NCBI GenBank assembly: GCA_004212975.1
Contig: SHBF01000002.1
Coordinates: forward strand, 1-60,875
Source of the DNA: SAR86 cluster bacterium
GTDB lineage: Bacteria; Pseudomonadota; Gammaproteobacteria; Magnimaribacterales; D2472
Reading direction: 5' to 3'
Length of the DNA: 60,875 bases
Part shown: positions 50,216 through 59,487 of the stretch, piece by piece
Layout of the letters: each line of letters begins with the position of its first letter
Position numbering within the stretch: the stretch's first letter is position 1
Program-made: the position numbers and the translations under genes
The notes under the pieces: model-generated
The model's database searches: none
Seen by the model: the letters and a program-made list of their open reading frames with translations, nothing else
What the model was told of the DNA's origin: nothing

Positions 50216-50938
50216 TTATTTTTCCCAATCAAATTTGGGTAATTCTTTAAATAGATTTCTTAAACCCTCTGACCACTTACTAGAAAGATTTGAAAAAAAT
50301 GGTGTTTTAAATTGAAGGTGTTCCTCTAGTGAAATTTGAATAGAATCTTTCTTATACACTACTAGGTCAATAGGTGGCCCAACAGTAAGATCACTTTTCA
50401 TTGTTGAGTCAAACGAGACCAAAGCACATCTTGCCGCATCACCTAAAGAGGTTTCGTTTCTAATAAGTCTATCTAGTATAGGTTTCCCATATTTTGTTTC
50501 ACCTAGTTGAAAAAAGGGTTTAATCTCAGAGGCACGAATATAATTCCCAACTGGGTAAACCATCATAAGAGCATGCTCTTGCCCGCTAATTTGACCACCA
50601 ATTATAAAGTTAGAACCTAGATGTGTATTGATCGAAATACCATCAGTTTTGGAATGTTTTAGTGATATTTCACCAACATAATTTGCAATTTCATCAAAGT
50701 TTTTACAGAGATTTAAACTATTTTTAGGATTTGATGAATTTATATCATTTTCAAGAGTTTTATATACATGCTGAGATGTTGATAAATTACCAGAAGTGAT
50801 AATAATTATTGACCTATCGCCAACCGAGTAAGTAAACATTTTTTTGTAAGTGGAAACATTATCTAATCCTGCATTTGTTCTTGAGTCTGACACCATAACA
50901 ATGCCATCGTCCATTTTCATTCCCACACAATATGTCAT
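50216..50938 (-). CDS. Anbu-type proteasome beta-subunit homologue (peptidase T1, Ntn hydrolase)
   Basis: 240 aa beginning MTYCVGMKMDDGIVMVSDSRTNAG. Thr sits directly after the initiator Met, and the MTYCV...SDSRTNAG N-terminus is typical of Anbu. Size and neighbourhood (cpATP-grasp + alpha-E) fit Anbu. Confidence 0.8.
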   Translation of the reverse strand: MTYCVGMKMDDGIVMVSDSRTNAGLDNVSTYKKMFTYSVGDRSIIIITSGNLSTSQHVYKTLENDINSSNPKNSLNLCKNFDEIANYVGEISLKHSKTDGISINTHLGSNFIIGGQISGQEHALMMVYPVGNYIRASEIKPFFQLGETKYGKPILDRLIRNETSLGDAARCALVSFDSTMKSDLTVGPPIDLVVYKKDSIQISLEEHLQFKTPFFSNLSSKWSEGLRNLFKELPKFDWEK

Positions 50939-51130
50939 ATTAAAAAAAAGATTATAATAATTGAATATTCTATATTTATATAATAAAAAAATACATAATA
51001 ATAATTATCTTTATTATTTCTATTTGTTAAAGTTAATTCTGGTTCATCTTTGATAAAAAGACAGAAGTTAGTTCGAACCGATGAAACATATTACTATGCT
51101 TTGTCTTGATATCAATTTGTATCGAGTAAT

Positions 51131-52564
51131 ATGGAAACACAAAAAAATAAATCTGGTTTTTTTTATGATGAATACTTAAACAGTAAGAATGCTCCTCGTA
51201 AAGATTTTCATAAATCATTTCAATTCTTTGACAGCTTAAGTTCAAACAAAAAAAAATTATTGGCTAAAGTGCGTGACTCAATAATCCGTACAATGGGAGT
51301 TACATTTAGAGTTTATGATGATAATAAGTTAATTGATAGAGAATGGCCTTTAGACTTAATTCCTAGAATTATTAAAGAAAAAGAATGGATTAAAGTAAAG
51401 GAAGGATTAATTCAAAGAATCATGGCAATAAACTTATTCATTCATGATGTCTACCATAAACAAGAATTTTTAAATAAAAATCCTATTCTAAAATCTTTAA
51501 TTTTAGATTCACCAAATTTTTTAGAGGAATGCAAAGGAGTAATTCCCAAAAATAAAATTTGGGCACATATTTCAGGTACTGACCTTATTAAAGATCACAC
51601 AGGCAAGTTTTATGTTCTTGAGGATAATTTAAGGGTTCCTTCAGGTGTTGCATATATGCTTGAAAATAGAAATGTAATGAAGAAAGTAGTAACAGAATTA
51701 TTTAACAATTATAAAGTATCGCCAGTAGACGATTATACTTCTCAACTCTATAAATGTTTATCCGATGCAAGTTATGCGAAAGATAAGAAAAAAACAATTG
51801 TTATTTTAAGTCCAGGTATTTTTAATTCTGCATATTTTGAGCATGCGTATCTTGCACAACAAATGGGAATTGTTCTTGTTGAATCCTCTGACCTATGCTT
51901 ATCTGATGATAATTATGTCTACATGAAAACTATATCAGGAAAGAAAAAAATTGATGTAATTTATAGAAGGATAAATGATGACTATCTAGACCCAAATGTA
52001 TGGATTAAGGATTCAACACTTGGATTACCTGGATTGATTAACTCTTGGAAAGAAAAAAAAGTAGCTATTGTAAATGCTCCGGGATCCGGTGTTGCTGATG
52101 ATAAAGCTGTATACGCATTTGTTCCAAAGATGATAGAGTTTTATTTAAATGAGACACCAAAACTTGCCCAAGTTAAAACTTATTTATGCGCATTTGATAA
52201 AGATAAGAAATACGTACTAGACAACATTAAAAAACTTGTCCTTAAACCAGTAAATGAGTCTGGAGGGTATGGGATTCTTATAGGACCCAATGCTTCAAAG
52301 AAAGAATTGGAAGAATATAAACAAAAAATAATAGATAATCCAAGAAATTTTGTAGCTCAACCTCTAATTAAACTATCTACTAGCCCGACATTAATCAAAA
52401 CTTCCATTCAACCACGACACATTGATCTAAGACCATTTATTCTATCTGGCAATGACACTTTTGTGACTAATGGTGGTTTAACTAGAGTCGCTCTTGAAAA
52501 AGGATCTACCATTGTAAATTCATCTCAAGGTGGTGGGAGTAAAGATACCTGGATAGTTAATTAA
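51131..52564 (+). CDS. Circularly permuted ATP-grasp (type 2) amidoligase-like protein
   Basis: 477 aa. WPLDLIPRIIKEKEWIKVKEGLIQRIMAINLFIHDVY, VEDNLRVPSGVAYMLENR, IVNAPGSGVADDKAVY and KPVNESGGYG match the family as I know it. Confidence 0.8.
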   Translation: METQKNKSGFFYDEYLNSKNAPRKDFHKSFQFFDSLSSNKKKLLAKVRDSIIRTMGVTFRVYDDNKLIDREWPLDLIPRIIKEKEWIKVKEGLIQRIMAINLFIHDVYHKQEFLNKNPILKSLILDSPNFLEECKGVIPKNKIWAHISGTDLIKDHTGKFYVLEDNLRVPSGVAYMLENRNVMKKVVTELFNNYKVSPVDDYTSQLYKCLSDASYAKDKKKTIVILSPGIFNSAYFEHAYLAQQMGIVLVESSDLCLSDDNYVYMKTISGKKKIDVIYRRINDDYLDPNVWIKDSTLGLPGLINSWKEKKVAIVNAPGSGVADDKAVYAFVPKMIEFYLNETPKLAQVKTYLCAFDKDKKYVLDNIKKLVLKPVNESGGYGILIGPNASKKELEEYKQKIIDNPRNFVAQPLIKLSTSPTLIKTSIQPRHIDLRPFILSGNDTFVTNGGLTRVALEKGSTIVNSSQGGGSKDTWIVN

Positions 52565-52565
52565 A

Positions 52566-53450
52566 ATGCTTGCAAGTATTGCAGAAAAAACCTACTGGCT
52601 TTCAAGGTATATCGAAAGAATTGAAAATACATCAAGACTTATAAATGTTAACTCAGATTTACTTCTAGACATCCCCAATGAAGGATCAGATGATTTACAG
52701 CATTTAATTAAAATAACGGGACATATTAATGATTTTAAAAAAAAGAACACAAAAGAAAATGTATATTACTTTCTTATTCAGGATGAAAGTAATCCTTCAT
52801 CAATAAAATACTCTATTGAAATGGCAAAGATGAATTCTAGATACCTTCTGACGATGTTACCAAAGTCTGCCTGGGAGCAATTTAATAATCTTTATATAGA
52901 TTTCAATAGCAAACATAAGCCACATAGCGAAGATCTTTATAGAATAATTAGAAATTCTCAAAGATTTTTTGCAATTATTACTGATGGGATGCAAAGGAAT
53001 GATGTTTTTAATTTCATCAAGCTAGGAAGATTTATTGAAAGAGCAGATATGTTATCAAGAATAATTGAAGATCAAATTCTCAGGAAAGAAAATTACGTAA
53101 ATAAATATTATCAAAATTTACAATGGAGTAGTGTTTTAAGGTCGATCAATGGATTTGAATCCTTTAAGTTGATCAATAAAGATAAACTTAACCAAGAGAT
53201 TGTCCTTAGATTTATGATAATGGAAAAATTATTTCCTAGATCCATGAAGTATTGTGTAAATAAACTTTTAGAAGTCCAGAGATTTTTGCCAAAATCTCCT
53301 TCTATCAAAAAAGACATTAGTATTCTATTAGAAGATTTTACTAATGAAAATTTATATAAAAATGATAAGAAAATGTTAAAGGTCCTAGATGATTTCCAAT
53401 TTGGATTAATAAATTTAGACAAAACTATAAAAGAAAATTATTTTAATTAA
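52566..53450 (+). CDS. Alpha-E domain protein (DUF403)
   Basis: The N-terminus [28 protein letters not shown] and the second-repeat motif [14 protein letters not shown] are the family hallmark (L.R.AE..YW.GRY.ERAE). It starts 1 nt after the ATP-grasp gene. Confidence 0.78.
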   Translation: MLASIAEKTYWLSRYIERIENTSRLINVNSDLLLDIPNEGSDDLQHLIKITGHINDFKKKNTKENVYYFLIQDESNPSSIKYSIEMAKMNSRYLLTMLPKSAWEQFNNLYIDFNSKHKPHSEDLYRIIRNSQRFFAIITDGMQRNDVFNFIKLGRFIERADMLSRIIEDQILRKENYVNKYYQNLQWSSVLRSINGFESFKLINKDKLNQEIVLRFMIMEKLFPRSMKYCVNKLLEVQRFLPKSPSIKKDISILLEDFTNENLYKNDKKMLKVLDDFQFGLINLDKTIKENYFN

Positions 53451-54724
53451 TTTTTAAAGAACTCAAGTATTGTTTTAATATCTTCAATTGAGTTTGATGA
53501 GATTTCGCCATTTCTTCCTATGAGCTCAACTTCATTATTTTCAGTAAATTTTTTACCAATTACAATATTTAGAGGTATTCCTATAAGTTCTGAATCTTTC
53601 ATTTTCACTCCGTATCCATCTTTTCTATCATCTAGCAGAACAGAATAATTCATTTCTGAAAGTTCTTTGTATAAATCTTTTGATGCTTTAGCAATATCTT
53701 TATTCTTATCATATCCAATGGAAATAATATTTATGTCAAAGGGTGCAATGCTATGAGGCCAAATAATACCTTTTTCATCGTGATTTTGTTCAATTGCCGC
53801 TGCAACAAGTCTTGAAACCCCAATTCCATAACAACCCATAAATAATGTTGAAGCATTTCCATCAGAATTCAGAACACTTGCTTTCATTGATTCCGCATAT
53901 AACTTTCCAAGTTTAAAAATATGACCAACCTCAATTCCTTTCCTTATTTGAATTGTTCCATTGCCATCTGGAGAAGGTTTGCCTTCAAGTGTGCTTATAT
54001 CTTCTCCATCTTTTAAAAGAAGCTCAGTATTGATTGCAAATTCAGATGAATCACTTATGGCAATTGTATCTTCACCATTTTCAGCAAGCACATGAAATTC
54101 CTCAGAACTATCTCCACCAATGGCTCCAGAGTCTGCAGCAGAAATTTTGTATTTAAGTCCTATTCTTTCAAGAACTTTTTTATAAGTTTCTCTCATAATT
54201 AAATATGTTTCCTGTAACGACTCCTCATCGATATTAAAGCTGTAAGAATCTTTCATTAAAAACTCTCTTCCCCGCATAATTCCATATCTAGGTCTAACCT
54301 CGTCTCTAAATTTAGTTTGAATCTGATAAATATTTAATGGAAGTTTTCTGTAGCTTTTGACATTATCCCTAATGATGTCAGTAATAATTTCTTCGTGTGT
54401 GGGACCTAAACAAAAATCTCTATCATGCCTGTCTTTTATTCTAAGTAATTCAGGACCCATTTTTTCCCATCTTTTTGTTTCTTCCCATAATTCCCTTGGC
54501 TGAACCATTGGCATAAAAACCTCTTGAGCACCAGAATTATCCATTTCTTCTCTTACAATATCTTCTACTTTTTTAAGAACTTTTAAGCCTAGTGGTAGCC
54601 ATGTATAGATACCTGAAGCAACTTTACGTATCATGCCTGAACGAAGCATTAATTTGTGACTCACAACTTCTGCTTCTTGGGGAGCATCCTTAAGAGTAGG
54701 TAATAGTAGCTTTGAAAATAACAT
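53447..54724 (-). CDS. proS: Prolyl-tRNA synthetase, bacterial type but lacking the INS editing domain
   Basis: Class II motifs: motif 2 [25 protein letters not shown] and motif 3 [17 protein letters not shown], plus a C-terminal anticodon-binding domain. Only 425 aa. Confidence 0.92.
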   Translation of the reverse strand: MLFSKLLLPTLKDAPQEAEVVSHKLMLRSGMIRKVASGIYTWLPLGLKVLKKVEDIVREEMDNSGAQEVFMPMVQPRELWEETKRWEKMGPELLRIKDRHDRDFCLGPTHEEIITDIIRDNVKSYRKLPLNIYQIQTKFRDEVRPRYGIMRGREFLMKDSYSFNIDEESLQETYLIMRETYKKVLERIGLKYKISAADSGAIGGDSSEEFHVLAENGEDTIAISDSSEFAINTELLLKDGEDISTLEGKPSPDGNGTIQIRKGIEVGHIFKLGKLYAESMKASVLNSDGNASTLFMGCYGIGVSRLVAAAIEQNHDEKGIIWPHSIAPFDINIISIGYDKNKDIAKASKDLYKELSEMNYSVLLDDRKDGYGVKMKDSELIGIPLNIVIGKKFTENNEVELIGRNGEISSNSIEDIKTILEFFKN

Positions 54725-54755
54725 AGTTTATAATTTTATCTTTTTTTGAGGACTT

Positions 54756-55046
54756 ATGCCGATTTATGACTACAAATGTTCTAAATGTGAACATGAAATT
54801 GAGATAATTCAAAAAATTAATGATAAACCAAAAGAGGTTTGCCCCAAATGCAATAAGAAAGGCCTTAAGAAGCAAATCTCAGCACCTTCCTTTAGGCTTA
54901 AAGGTGGTGGGTGGTATGAAACAGACTTTAAAACAGGTAAAAAGAAGAATATAGCCTCAAGTGATGGTACAAAAAATGACAAAACAAAAGAAACTTCCAA
55001 AACAGACTCCAAGAAAGGGTCTAAACAAGATAAAATTAAGAAGTGA
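54756..55046 (+). CDS. FmdB-family zinc-ribbon protein with a lysine-rich tail
   Basis: MPIYDYKCSKCEHEIE...CPKC is the CxxC-N-CxxC ribbon typical of the family. A GAGGA SD lies 4 nt upstream. Confidence 0.8.
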   Translation: MPIYDYKCSKCEHEIEIIQKINDKPKEVCPKCNKKGLKKQISAPSFRLKGGGWYETDFKTGKKKNIASSDGTKNDKTKETSKTDSKKGSKQDKIKK

Positions 55047-55059
55047 ATAGGGAAATATC

Positions 55060-56826
55060 ATGAAATCTCATTATTGTGGTGAAATTACATCATCTAATCT
55101 CAAAGAGAAGGTTACTATTTGTGGATGGATACATAGAAGAAGAGATCATGGAGGAGTAATTTTTTTAGATGTTAGGGATATAAAAGGTATATGCCAAGCT
55201 GTTGTGAATCCAGATAACAAAGAATCATTCCAATTAGCAGAATCGATAAGAAACGAATTTGTTGTTCAGATAGAAGGTGTTGTAAGAAATAGACTTAAAG
55301 GAACAATAAATAAAAATATGCAAACTGGTGAAATTGAGATAGAGGTCGCTAATATCAATATTCTCAGCAAGGCAAACACTCCAGTTTTTCCAATAGACGA
55401 ATATCAGGAAGTTAACGAAGATGTAAGATTAAAGAATAGGGTGCTTGATCTTAGACGCCCAGAAATGAATGAACGAATTGTTAAAAGATCAAAAATTACT
55501 TCTTTAATTAGAAGCTACCTTCATAAAAATGAATTTCATGAGATTGAAACACCAATTTTAACTAAGGCTACTCCAGAAGGTGCCAGAGATTATATTTTAC
55601 CAAGCAGAGTTCAGCCAGGTAGTTTTTATGCTTTACCTCAATCACCTCAATTATTCAAACAACTCTTGATGATTGGCGGCTTAGATAAATATTATCAAAT
55701 TGCACGATGTTTTAGAGATGAGGATTTGAGGGCAGATAGACAACCAGAATTTACTCAAATTGATATTGAAGCATCTTTCATTAATCAGGAAGAAATCATG
55801 AAGCTTGGTGAAAAGATGATTAAAGATGTAATTAAAGAATTTTGTGGAGAAAAACTTGATAAATTTAAGGTGATTGATTGGCATGACGCTATGGAGGAAT
55901 ATGGTTGTGATAAACCAGATTTAAGGATTCCCTTAAAACTCAAAGAAATATCAGATCTTGTTATGAATGAGGAATTCAAAGTATTCTCTGATCCCGCTAA
56001 AAAGGAAGGATCAAGAGTCGTTGCTTTAAAAGTGCCAAATGGAAATACAATGTCAAGAGGTCAAATTGATGACTATACAAAATTTGTATCTAAGTTGGGT
56101 GCAAAAGGACTTGCTTATATAAAGATTAATGATATTGAAGATCTTGAGAATGGCATTCAGTCTCCCATATTGAAGTTTTTAAACAAAAAAACAATTCAAA
56201 ATATTTTTAAAACTCTTGAAGCCAAAACAGATGATTTAATCTTTTTTGGAGCTGGAAGTGAATCTCTTGTTAACTTATCAATGAGTAGTCTTATAAAAAA
56301 ATTAGGACATGATTTAGATTTATATGTTTCAAAATGGGCTCCTTGTTGGATAGTGAATTTTCCAATGTTTGAATTAAATGCCGAAGGAAGTCTAACACCG
56401 CTTCATCATCCATTTACTTTACCTAAAGCATCAAAGAAAGAACTTTTAGAAAATCCAAACGATGTTCTTGCATATGCATATGATGTTGTTTTGAACGGAT
56501 ATGAAATAGGTGGAGGATCTTTAAGAATTTATGATAAAAATATGCAAGAAGCAATTTTTGAAATTCTTAACATTTCAAAGAAAGAAGCTGAGAGTAAGTT
56601 TGGTTTCCTTTTAAAGGCTTTGTCTTCAGGTTGTCCACCTCATGGTGGCATCGCATTTGGACTAGATAGAATTGTTATGCTTGTAACAGATACTTCAAAC
56701 ATAAGAGATGTGATTGCATTCCCTAAAACTCAAAGCGCGACATGTCTATTAACAGATGCTCCAAGCAAGGTTGATAAAGATCAGCTTGATGAACTTAAAA
56801 TAATTAGTACACATAAGGAAGAATAG
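55060..56826 (+). CDS. aspS: Aspartyl-tRNA synthetase
   Basis: [73 protein letters not shown]. Confidence 0.97.
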   Translation: MKSHYCGEITSSNLKEKVTICGWIHRRRDHGGVIFLDVRDIKGICQAVVNPDNKESFQLAESIRNEFVVQIEGVVRNRLKGTINKNMQTGEIEIEVANINILSKANTPVFPIDEYQEVNEDVRLKNRVLDLRRPEMNERIVKRSKITSLIRSYLHKNEFHEIETPILTKATPEGARDYILPSRVQPGSFYALPQSPQLFKQLLMIGGLDKYYQIARCFRDEDLRADRQPEFTQIDIEASFINQEEIMKLGEKMIKDVIKEFCGEKLDKFKVIDWHDAMEEYGCDKPDLRIPLKLKEISDLVMNEEFKVFSDPAKKEGSRVVALKVPNGNTMSRGQIDDYTKFVSKLGAKGLAYIKINDIEDLENGIQSPILKFLNKKTIQNIFKTLEAKTDDLIFFGAGSESLVNLSMSSLIKKLGHDLDLYVSKWAPCWIVNFPMFELNAEGSLTPLHHPFTLPKASKKELLENPNDVLAYAYDVVLNGYEIGGGSLRIYDKNMQEAIFEILNISKKEAESKFGFLLKALSSGCPPHGGIAFGLDRIVMLVTDTSNIRDVIAFPKTQSATCLLTDAPSKVDKDQLDELKIISTHKEE

Positions 56827-56829
56827 TTA

Positions 56830-57567
56830 ATGGCTGGTCATTCAAAATGGGCAAACATAAAACATAGAAAAGCCAGACAAGACGCATCACGAGGAAAGGT
56901 TTGGACCAAGGTCATAAGAGAAATTACTGTTGCAGCGAAGGATGGCCCTGATCCAAATGATAATCCAAGATTGAGACTAGCTCTTGAAAAGGCAAATGCT
57001 GCAAATATGCCTAAAGATACTATTAAAAGAGCTATAGAAAAAGGTTCGGGAACAGGAGAAACTGGAGAATTAGAAGAAATAATATTTGAAGGATATGGTC
57101 CAGGAGGAGTTGCTATCCTTGTAGAAACTATGACAGATAACAGAAATAGGACTGTTTCAGATGTTAGGCATGCATTTTCAAAGTTTGGAGGTAATCTTGG
57201 AACTGGTGGTTCTGTTTCATATCTATTTAAAAAACTTGGAGTAATCCACATAAATAAGGATTACTCAGAAGATATGCTTATGGAGCATGTTATTGAATCT
57301 GGAGCACAAGATTTTTCAGAAGAAGATGATTTCTTTGAAGTAACAACAGATCTAAATCAATTTAATAAGGTTATTGATTTCTTTAAAGAGAATGATATCC
57401 AATATATAAATGCTGAACTGACCTTGCGAGCTGATACACTTGTGGACCTTGATCAAGATATGTCTGAAAAAGTCTTAAATATTATGGAGTTTATGGATGA
57501 TCTTGATGATGTCCAAGAAGTTCACACTAATGCAGAATTCCCAGAAAATTTTGAGATAAAGGAATAA
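56830..57567 (+). CDS. yebC: YebC/PmpR-family transcriptional regulator
   Basis: MAGHSKWANIKHRKARQDASRGKVWTK and NPRLRLALEKA; aspS-yebC order. Confidence 0.94.
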   Translation: MAGHSKWANIKHRKARQDASRGKVWTKVIREITVAAKDGPDPNDNPRLRLALEKANAANMPKDTIKRAIEKGSGTGETGELEEIIFEGYGPGGVAILVETMTDNRNRTVSDVRHAFSKFGGNLGTGGSVSYLFKKLGVIHINKDYSEDMLMEHVIESGAQDFSEEDDFFEVTTDLNQFNKVIDFFKENDIQYINAELTLRADTLVDLDQDMSEKVLNIMEFMDDLDDVQEVHTNAEFPENFEIKE

Positions 57568-57570
57568 ATT

Positions 57571-57996
57571 TTGTCAATTAATTCAAGAAATAAAGGTGCT
57601 GCATTTGAACGACAAATTGCTAATGCATTGATAAATGACCTTAACTTAAAGAATCCAGTTAAAAGAATCTTAGAGCAGACTCGGACTAAGGAGTTACCTG
57701 ATCTTATGCTTGGAAGATGGTGTATTGAGTGTAAGGCATATGGAGCTGGTGCAGAACCCAGACCTGATTGGTGGGAGCAAGTTCTCGCATCATCGAATCA
57801 AGAGGGTTTAAGACCCGCATTAGTATATAAATTTAATAATAGACCCATTAAAGTTCGAATATTAGCAAACTCTTTAAATAATAATATTAAGAACGACCTT
57901 GTTACATTAGACCTTTTATGGCCAGATTTTATTCAGATAATACTTGAGTTATTTCAGGAGGACATTGAGCTGCATGAAAAAAATTATCAAGTGTGA
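57571..57996 (+). CDS. Small PD-(D/E)xK nuclease resembling archaeal-type Holliday junction resolvase (Hjc-like)
   Basis: NKGAAFERQIANAL (the Hjc-like KG..ER helix with catalytic Glu), PDLML (Asp) and IECK (E-x-K), in Hjc order and spacing. The TTG start is forced: the frame opens only after the yebC TAA three nt upstream, and no ATG or GTG precedes the first motif. Confidence 0.55.
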   Translation: MSINSRNKGAAFERQIANALINDLNLKNPVKRILEQTRTKELPDLMLGRWCIECKAYGAGAEPRPDWWEQVLASSNQEGLRPALVYKFNNRPIKVRILANSLNNNIKNDLVTLDLLWPDFIQIILELFQEDIELHEKNYQV

Positions 57997-58384
57997 AGAT
58001 ATAGAATTTCAAATATATATTGAGGATACAGATTTTCAAGGAGTTGTATATCATTCGAATTACTTAAAGTATTTCGAAAGATCAAGATCTGAATTTCTAT
58101 CCTATGCAAATATTTCTCAAAATAAATTAAGAGAAAAAGATCTAGCATTTATAGTTAAAAGTATCAAAATTAATTACTTAAAAGCTGCTGAGCTTGGTAA
58201 TCAAATAGTTGTCCAGTCAAATGTAGAAAAAAAATCTAATGCGAGGATGATTTTTTATCAAAAAGTAGTTGATAAAATCTCTAGAGAAGAATTTGTTAAT
58301 GGTGAGGTAGAGGTTTGTTTCATAAATCTATCATCGAAGAAACCAAAAAAGTTTCCTGATGATTTATTGTTAATTTTTGACTAG
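57974..58384 (+). CDS. ybgC: Tol-Pal-associated acyl-CoA thioesterase YbgC (4HBT fold)
   Basis: The internal ATG at 57974 gives MKKIIK...IYIEDTDFQGVVYHSNYLKYFERSRSEFL, the canonical YbgC N-terminus. It precedes tolQ. Confidence 0.87.
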   Translation: MKKIIKCEDIEFQIYIEDTDFQGVVYHSNYLKYFERSRSEFLSYANISQNKLREKDLAFIVKSIKINYLKAAELGNQIVVQSNVEKKSNARMIFYQKVVDKISREEFVNGEVEVCFINLSSKKPKKFPDDLLLIFD

Positions 58385-58393
58385 GATAGTGTT

Positions 58394-59065
58394 ATGGATG
58401 ATATTTCGGTATTAAATCTTATTTTAGAGGCAGGGATTGTAGTCAAGATAGTAATGTTGATTCTTTTTATTGCCTCAATACTCTCTTGGATAATAATTGT
58501 TGAAAGATATAATTTTTTTAGAAATGTAAAAAGCGCCAATGATAAATTTTTAAGAATTTTTTGGAGTGGAAAAGATTTAGATGCTTTATATAACGAGGTA
58601 TTAAAAGATGATAATTTATACGGGGCAAGAAAATTATTCAAAAACTCTTTTAACGAATTTAATTCAATTAAGGTTGGAGATAACATTTCTGAATTAGATC
58701 TAGAAAGTATTAATCGCTCTATGAGAGTTTCTATAGCTTCTGATGAAGAAGAAATGAACAAGCATTTATCTTTTTTAGCAAACGTTGGATCTGTTAGTCC
58801 ATACATTGGCTTGCTTGGAACGGTATGGGGGATAATGACATCATTTATGGGACTTTCAGATGCCACTCAAGCTACTATAAATGCTGTAGCACCAGGAATA
58901 TCAGAGGCATTGATTGCAACTGGCATGGGACTATTTGCTGCAATACCAGCAGTAGTAGCTTTTAATAAATTTACATCTGAATCAGAAACTATTAGTCAAG
59001 GAACATTAATTTTTGCAGAGGAGTTAGCAAGTATTTTTTATAAACAGTCAATTGATAAAAAATAA
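58394..59065 (+). CDS. tolQ: Tol-Pal system protein TolQ
   Basis: MotA/TolQ/ExbB pattern: LANVGSVSPYIGLLGTVWGIM, APGISEALIATGMGLFAAIPA. Confidence 0.92.
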   Translation: MDDISVLNLILEAGIVVKIVMLILFIASILSWIIIVERYNFFRNVKSANDKFLRIFWSGKDLDALYNEVLKDDNLYGARKLFKNSFNEFNSIKVGDNISELDLESINRSMRVSIASDEEEMNKHLSFLANVGSVSPYIGLLGTVWGIMTSFMGLSDATQATINAVAPGISEALIATGMGLFAAIPAVVAFNKFTSESETISQGTLIFAEELASIFYKQSIDKK

Positions 59066-59487
59066 TGATATACAGACTAGCAAAAAAGAAAAATCTTAAA
59101 GCAGAAATAAATGTAGTTCCATACATCGATGTTATGCTAGTTTTGTTGATTATTTTTATGGTTTTGTCACCTTTATTAATTCAAGGTGTGGAGGTTGATT
59201 TACCTCAAACTGATACAACTAAAATGAGTGTTCAGAATGAACCACTTGTAATATCAATTGATAAAAATGGAAATTATTTTATAAACGTTGGAGAGGAGTC
59301 ATTGCCTATTGATTTAAATGAATTAAAGAGAAAGTCTGAAGTAATTTTTAAAGCAAATCCAGAGATTGAAGTAGTTTTTCAAAGTGACAGAAATGTTGCA
59401 TTTGATTTTGTAGCAAAAGCCATGGCATCTGTTCAAAGTGCAGGCATTACTAAAGTCGGAATTGTAACAAGCGGCTATGAAAATTAA
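59065..59487 (+). CDS. tolR: Tol-Pal system protein TolR
   Basis: ExbD/TolR pattern EINVVPYIDVMLVLLIIFMV; TAATG overlap with tolQ. Confidence 0.9.
   Translation: MIYRLAKKKNLKAEINVVPYIDVMLVLLIIFMVLSPLLIQGVEVDLPQTDTTKMSVQNEPLVISIDKNGNYFINVGEESLPIDLNELKRKSEVIFKANPEIEVVFQSDRNVAFDFVAKAMASVQSAGITKVGIVTSGYEN

Noticed and set aside
51040-51056. TGGTTC-N5-TTGAT-like string in the Anbu/ATP-grasp spacer, examined as a sigma-54 promoter
   Set aside because: The -12 GC element is missing at the required spacing, and only the GG dinucleotide matches.
51081-51179. 32-codon upstream ORF (MKHITMLCLDINLYRV...) overlapping the start of the cpATP-grasp gene, considered as a possible precursor or tag peptide for the ligase
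   Set aside because: It has no SD and no recognisable peptide features, it lies out of frame across the ATP-grasp start, and AT-rich spacers generate such ORFs readily. Conservation or ribosome-profiling data would be needed.
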